NCBI GenBank assembly: GCA_041746255.1
Contig: JBGTHM010000033.1
Coordinates: 1-22,053, forward strand
Length of the DNA stretch: 22,053 bases
Origin: Fibrobacteria bacterium
Lineage (GTDB): Bacteria > Fibrobacterota > Fibrobacteria > UBA11236
Direction: 5' to 3'
Shown here: piece after piece, positions 17,802 to 22,053 of the stretch
Numbering within the stretch: the first letter of the stretch is position 1
Layout: each line of letters starts with the position of its first letter
Notes under the pieces: model-generated
What the model saw: the letters and a program-made list of their open reading frames with translations, nothing else
The model's database searches: none
What the model was told of the DNA's origin: nothing
Made by a program: the position numbers and the translations under genes

Positions 17802-19040
17802 ATGCCCATCGACAACCCGAGACCAGCAAAGGCCGCTACTTTGAACCGCGCAGAAAAAGGCGATTCCGCTGATGGGCCCAGGGTGGGTGAGGTATTCGCG
17901 GGCCGCTATCTCATTGAGCGGCACCTTGGATTAGGCAGTCTATGCTCCAACTTTCTCTGTATCGATAAAGCCGACGGCGACCAGGAAAAAGTTCTCAAGG
18001 TACTCCTGGCTCGCAAAGCCGCTGATCCCCATTTGGCTCAAGGCTTTATTTTCCTCGCCGACTCCGTTTCCCGCTACCGGCACCCGGGAATTAACCGGGT
18101 GCTTGAAACGGGAACCCACCTCGGGTCGGCTTATTACACTTCGTCGTTCATTTCCGGCAAACCCATGCGAATATGGCTTTTGGAAAAACTGGAATTCGAT
18201 CAGCGCGTACTTCCGGGCCTGGACCTGCTGAAACAATTGGCGGATATTTTCACATCCATACATGAACTCGGTTGTTATGGATGCCTTAAACCTGAAAATG
18301 TTTTTTTGATTGAGGGTGGACCCGTAATCACCGACTTCGGTGTAGTAGGCTTTCTGACTCCCCAGGAATTCGAATTCAATACCTATGCCAGACGTTACCT
18401 ACCCTATATGGCTCCGGAGTTGCGGCAGGACTGGAATAATCTGCTTCCGGAAAGCGACTTGTATTCCCTGGGCGCGATCGCATATGAAATCCTGGCCGGC
18501 CGGCCTCCGTCTCCTTCGCTGGCTCTTCCCAGTCAGTTAAGCCCGCGATTCGGATGGGAAATGGACGAATTCATTCTGAAGGCATTGGCGGTGGATCCGG
18601 AGGACCGGTTCCATTCGGCCTCCGCTTTTCGACGGGCGCTGGAAGGCGTTGAAATGGCCCTTAAAGCAACCCTTTCCAAGCAGGCGGTTTCCGCTCAAAA
18701 TGTGCCGGACATTGCCGAGGCGCCCATCCGGGAACAGGCAGCGGGTACCGAAACCATCTGGCAGATGGTGGACGAAAAATCCCCGGCAGAGTTGGAGGCG
18801 GATTCTATGGAAGAGGCTGATGTCAGCCTTTATCCTGAGCATTTCACTCCCAAAATCGAGATTGCCAGGCAACCCGAGTTCGCTTGGGGAGGCGTGGAAA
18901 GGGAATTACCCGCTCGCACCGATTCCCCCGACGATGCCGAAGAAGAGAGTACACCCGCATGGTTGGTGGCGATACTGATTTTATGCGGCGCGCTTATGGT
19001 TGGACTTTCCCTCTTTTGGGGCCTGCTTTCCACCTATTGA
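17802..19040 (+). CDS. Hanks-type Ser/Thr kinase-like protein, probable pseudokinase, with C-terminal membrane anchor
   Basis: GRYLIERHLGLGS, VLKVL, HPGI, LKPENV, TDFG, YMAPE, SDLYSLGAIAYEIL, KALAVDPEDRF; HRD replaced by YGC; acidic linker then hydrophobic WLVAILILCGALMVGLSLFWGLL. Start uncertain (17802 ATG or 17775 GTG). Confidence 0.85.
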   Translation: MPIDNPRPAKAATLNRAEKGDSADGPRVGEVFAGRYLIERHLGLGSLCSNFLCIDKADGDQEKVLKVLLARKAADPHLAQGFIFLADSVSRYRHPGINRVLETGTHLGSAYYTSSFISGKPMRIWLLEKLEFDQRVLPGLDLLKQLADIFTSIHELGCYGCLKPENVFLIEGGPVITDFGVVGFLTPQEFEFNTYARRYLPYMAPELRQDWNNLLPESDLYSLGAIAYEILAGRPPSPSLALPSQLSPRFGWEMDEFILKALAVDPEDRFHSASAFRRALEGVEMALKATLSKQAVSAQNVPDIAEAPIREQAAGTETIWQMVDEKSPAELEADSMEEADVSLYPEHFTPKIEIARQPEFAWGGVERELPARTDSPDDAEEESTPAWLVAILILCGALMVGLSLFWGLLSTY

Positions 19041-19179
19041 TCGCCAGCCTCCTTAAATGGCGTAATTTTTCCTGGCTTTTTTCCGGCGAGACGGTATAAA
19101 ATTAGGCCGGTCGAAGTTGGGGTCTTCCTGGGTTCATACCACATGCTGGTGTGAGCGCCGTTGGATTGGGAAAAGACTA

Positions 19180-19527
19180 TTGCAAACTATCCGTATCGAA
19201 GGAATTAACGCGCTGGGGCACGGTGAAGCCCGGATCTTCGAATTCGAGAACAATGGGAAAACGATACAAGGGTTTCTTCTCCGCCATGGTGGGCATTATT
19301 TCGCCTATCGCAACCAGTGCTGTCATTGGCCGGTTCCATTGGATTTGGGAGACGGGGACTTCTACTATGCGGCTATCGACAGGATCACATGCAAAACCCA
19401 CGGCGCCACCTATATTCCCTCCACCGGCGATTGCGATTCAGGTCCCTGCGCGGGTGCGCGTCTAACCCGTTACGGGGTAAAGATTGAGAACGACGCTATT
19501 TGGGTGCTCATAACGGAGGAAGACTGA
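19180..19527 (+). CDS. Rieske [2Fe-2S] ferredoxin
   Basis: AYRNQCCHW (CxH) and ITCKTHGATY (CxxH), GDCDSGPCAG. TTG 19180 has purine-rich GGGAAAAG upstream; ORF open from 19117. Confidence 0.9.
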   Translation: MQTIRIEGINALGHGEARIFEFENNGKTIQGFLLRHGGHYFAYRNQCCHWPVPLDLGDGDFYYAAIDRITCKTHGATYIPSTGDCDSGPCAGARLTRYGVKIENDAIWVLITEED

Positions 19528-19555
19528 ACCCGATAGGGTTGGTTGAAGGGGTGCC

Positions 19556-20980
19556 ATGAAGGAATTATTGCAGCGCATGGCCAAGCGCGAAGTGAAGGCC
19601 TTCGAAGTATTCTATGACCGATACGGGAAGGCATTCTACAGTTTCGCCTTTTGCATTTGTAAAAACAAAAGTGAAGCGGAAAGCCTAATCGGCGACACCT
19701 TCCGGTCCATCTGGGAAAACGCAGATGCTTTGGCGAATTCGAAAACCTCGATTTTCGGAACGCTGATTTCCCAGATACGCTATGCGGCGCTCGACCGACT
19801 GCGTTCGCGTGGATTCGGCAACCGACGCCAGGATTTCGCCGAGATGGAAGAAACCGACGTCTTCTGCGAGGAGAATTCCACCCGTCGACTGGATAGTGTA
19901 ATCCTCTCCGAAAGGGTCGCCGCGGCCACGCGCGCCTGGGGTAGGCTGAGCCAGGAGGAAAGGGACTTTCTCGAGGGCGCCTATTTTCAGGGGATGCCCC
20001 AATCACAATTATCGGAGCGATTCGGACTTCCTCCCGCGGTGGTTCGTTCGCGTCTGCGTATCGGGCTCTATAATTTATTGAAAGCCTTGCGCGAGTCGAT
20101 TCCCGGGGAAAGCGTTCCGATAACGACATCGGATTTCGCCAAGGACAGTTTCCGCGAATGGGCCGCGGCATTCGTGGTTGGGGCACTGGACGGCTCGGAG
20201 TTGGAACAATTCCAGTCCCGCATAAAGGACGCAGGAAACGCGGAAAAACGCATTTATAATGACCTGCTGGAGTCCTGCTGGTACTTGTCGCTGGTCACAC
20301 CACAAGAATGGCCTTCTCCTCGACTTAAACAGACCATTTTACTCAAGGTCCGACCCGATGCGGGCGCCGTCCGGGAGGGTGGTTGGGAAGGGGCCAGAGC
20401 CAAACCACCGCCGCATCACGCCTTATTGTATGCCTTAGGGTTGACGCCGGCCGGCTTCAATCGTTTCCTGGCCGCCTTTTTCTTTCTATCGACATTGTGT
20501 TTGGCCGCCTACGTCTATTTTTTACGGGAACAAATGTATGGGAACTGGGGGGTCATGGCCCAGCAGCGACAGATGCTGGTCTCATTGCGTGAGGGCGTCG
20601 AGAGTCGTGACTCCATGCTGACCATTCTCCACTCCAAGCGCCTGGAAGCCGTGGTACTGGAGGGGACGTCCCAGCATCGCCAGGGATACGGGCGGCTGAT
20701 GTGGAAACCGGGATCGCAAGAAGGGCTTCTCATGGTGCATCGACTACCCGATCCCCCCGAGGGCCAGTTTTTCCGCCTCTGGATTTTTCGCGACAACCTG
20801 CCGGTAAATGGAGGGGATCTTTCCCTTCGGGGAACCTGGGAGAAACCGGGAATCTATCGAATTCCTCTGGTCGAATCGGATCGAAGACGGATCAATGCTT
20901 TCGCCATCACTTTGGAATCCGATCCGAATGCCACCGCACCTGGTGGTCCGACCTATTTAATGGGAAATCCCCTCCTGTAA
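19556..20980 (+). CDS. ECF sigma factor (SigK-like) fused to an RskA-type anti-sigma factor
   Basis: aa ~1-85 sigma region 2 (AFEVFYDRY...AALDRLRSR); aa ~125-180 region 4 (LSQEER...AYFQGMPQSQLSERFGLP...SRLRIGL); aa ~200-265 anti-sigma domain (AAAFVVGALD, PSPRLKQTIL); TM helix FLAAFFFLSTLCLAAYVYFL; RskA-like C-terminus (LPDPPEGQFFRLW, FAITLE...PGGP). No internal stop. Confidence 0.85.
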   Translation: MKELLQRMAKREVKAFEVFYDRYGKAFYSFAFCICKNKSEAESLIGDTFRSIWENADALANSKTSIFGTLISQIRYAALDRLRSRGFGNRRQDFAEMEETDVFCEENSTRRLDSVILSERVAAATRAWGRLSQEERDFLEGAYFQGMPQSQLSERFGLPPAVVRSRLRIGLYNLLKALRESIPGESVPITTSDFAKDSFREWAAAFVVGALDGSELEQFQSRIKDAGNAEKRIYNDLLESCWYLSLVTPQEWPSPRLKQTILLKVRPDAGAVREGGWEGARAKPPPHHALLYALGLTPAGFNRFLAAFFFLSTLCLAAYVYFLREQMYGNWGVMAQQRQMLVSLREGVESRDSMLTILHSKRLEAVVLEGTSQHRQGYGRLMWKPGSQEGLLMVHRLPDPPEGQFFRLWIFRDNLPVNGGDLSLRGTWEKPGIYRIPLVESDRRRINAFAITLESDPNATAPGGPTYLMGNPLL

Positions 20981-21037
20981 AATTCTAGTTTATCCGCAGA
21001 CACCGGAGTTACGCTTCCTTATTACCAGGAGACTTTC

Positions 21038-21967
21038 ATGTTCATTCCCAGTCATTCCAGCGCCGCTCTTTATATGCGTAAAGATCGCCTTCCCGTAGTC
21101 AACCACGATAAAGCCGGCAACAAACTGAATCACCCGGCGCCCAAAGCGGCCCGAATTTTCGCAGATTCAGCCACCTGGAAGGATATCGAACCCCTGTATT
21201 TGGCCGGTATCATTAACGGTATCACAACCAACCCCACTCTACTTAAAAAAGCCGGGGCGGGATCCTGGAACCATGCCAAGGAAATCATGCAGGATTTGTG
21301 CCGTAAGCTGGCGCCTAATCCGGTTTCGCTGGAACTCACCGAGTTGACCGAAGACAAAATGCTGCGCCAGGCCGAGGAGTTGGCGGCTTTGGGGGAAAAT
21401 TCGGTCATCAAAGTGCCGGTGGGCGGCTATGCGGCCATCGACCCGAAAGCCGACCCCTTCACGGGATTGAAGGTGATTCGCAAATTGTGGGAACGTGGTA
21501 TCAAGGTGAATTGTACGCTTATTTTCAACACCACTCAGGCCTTCTGGGCGGCGAATGCGGGCGCTACCTATGTAAGTCCCTTTTTAGGGCGCTTGGCCGA
21601 CTATGGCTATAAACAGGATTTACCGGAACGCGCGCCGGGAAATTCTCTTTATTGGGTGGAAGATCATAAAAATGAACGTGGTGATCAGAAGATGCATAAT
21701 ACCGAATACGTGGCGTCGGGTGGACCGCTGAAAGATTCGGGCGCCAGGCTGATCCATGAAATTGCTACGGTCTTTGCGAATTATCAGATCACCACCGAGG
21801 TTTTGGCGGCCAGTTTTCGTAACGAGGTGCAGGTGATGGAATGTCTTCTGGCAGGCGCGGATATTCTTACGGTACCGGCCAACATTCTGGCCACGGTGGC
21901 GGATCACCCTTTGAGCGACGCGGGGATGAAGTCTTTTGTGGAGGATTCGAAGGCTTTTTCGGGTTGA
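21038..21967 (+). CDS. tal: Transaldolase (small TalC/FSA-fold type) with insertions
   Basis: IFADSA, GITTNPTL, PVSLE, Schiff-base IKVP, NCTLIF, YVSPFLGRL, LAASFR, HPLSDAG; the Glu in VSLE and Phe in SPF indicate transaldolase rather than fructose-6-phosphate aldolase; SD AGGAG. Confidence 0.88.
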   Translation: MFIPSHSSAALYMRKDRLPVVNHDKAGNKLNHPAPKAARIFADSATWKDIEPLYLAGIINGITTNPTLLKKAGAGSWNHAKEIMQDLCRKLAPNPVSLELTELTEDKMLRQAEELAALGENSVIKVPVGGYAAIDPKADPFTGLKVIRKLWERGIKVNCTLIFNTTQAFWAANAGATYVSPFLGRLADYGYKQDLPERAPGNSLYWVEDHKNERGDQKMHNTEYVASGGPLKDSGARLIHEIATVFANYQITTEVLAASFRNEVQVMECLLAGADILTVPANILATVADHPLSDAGMKSFVEDSKAFSG

Positions 21968-22053
21968 CGGGTTTTCTCCGGTAAACTTTGCGGTGGGCCG
22001 GGGCCTAAGGCCGGGGAGATTTCGCCGGCGCGCTCCGCCCATTCCGCTTTGCG

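Noticed and set aside
17592..17924. Mutually overlapping long N-termini of the kinase-like and hydrolase ORFs
   Set aside because: Family similarity begins downstream in both; trimmed starts leave a normal AT-rich divergent spacer.
1..22053. CRISPR array, IS elements or prophage
   Set aside because: No regularly spaced repeats, terminal inverted repeats, transposase or phage genes were seen.

Overview
Gene-dense bacterial chromosomal segment with no integrase, transposase, phage gene or CRISPR array detectable by eye. In order it holds: tRNA-Ala(GGC) with a terminator; a DUF3078-like outer-membrane protein; a Gfo/Idh/MocA oxidoreductase; a translationally coupled minus-strand lipid operon (HAD phosphatase, PlsB-like acyltransferase, gpsA); three tandem Hsp20 genes and a CPBP intramembrane protease; an Hpt-REC-GGDEF-REC diguanylate cyclase; an orphan membrane-anchored protein; an EEP hydrolase, bcp, ndh and a YyaL/SPATA20 protein; HU; mqnA; an alpha/beta hydrolase; then a plus-strand block of a membrane-anchored Ser/Thr pseudokinase, a Rieske ferredoxin, an ECF sigma factor fused in one ORF to an RskA-type anti-sigma factor, and a transaldolase with a ~40-aa insertion. 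The best candidate for an undescribed system is the sigma/anti-sigma fusion, whose DAED motif reads EAES, together with the nearby pseudokinase. All family calls come from motif recognition by eye; no database search was run.
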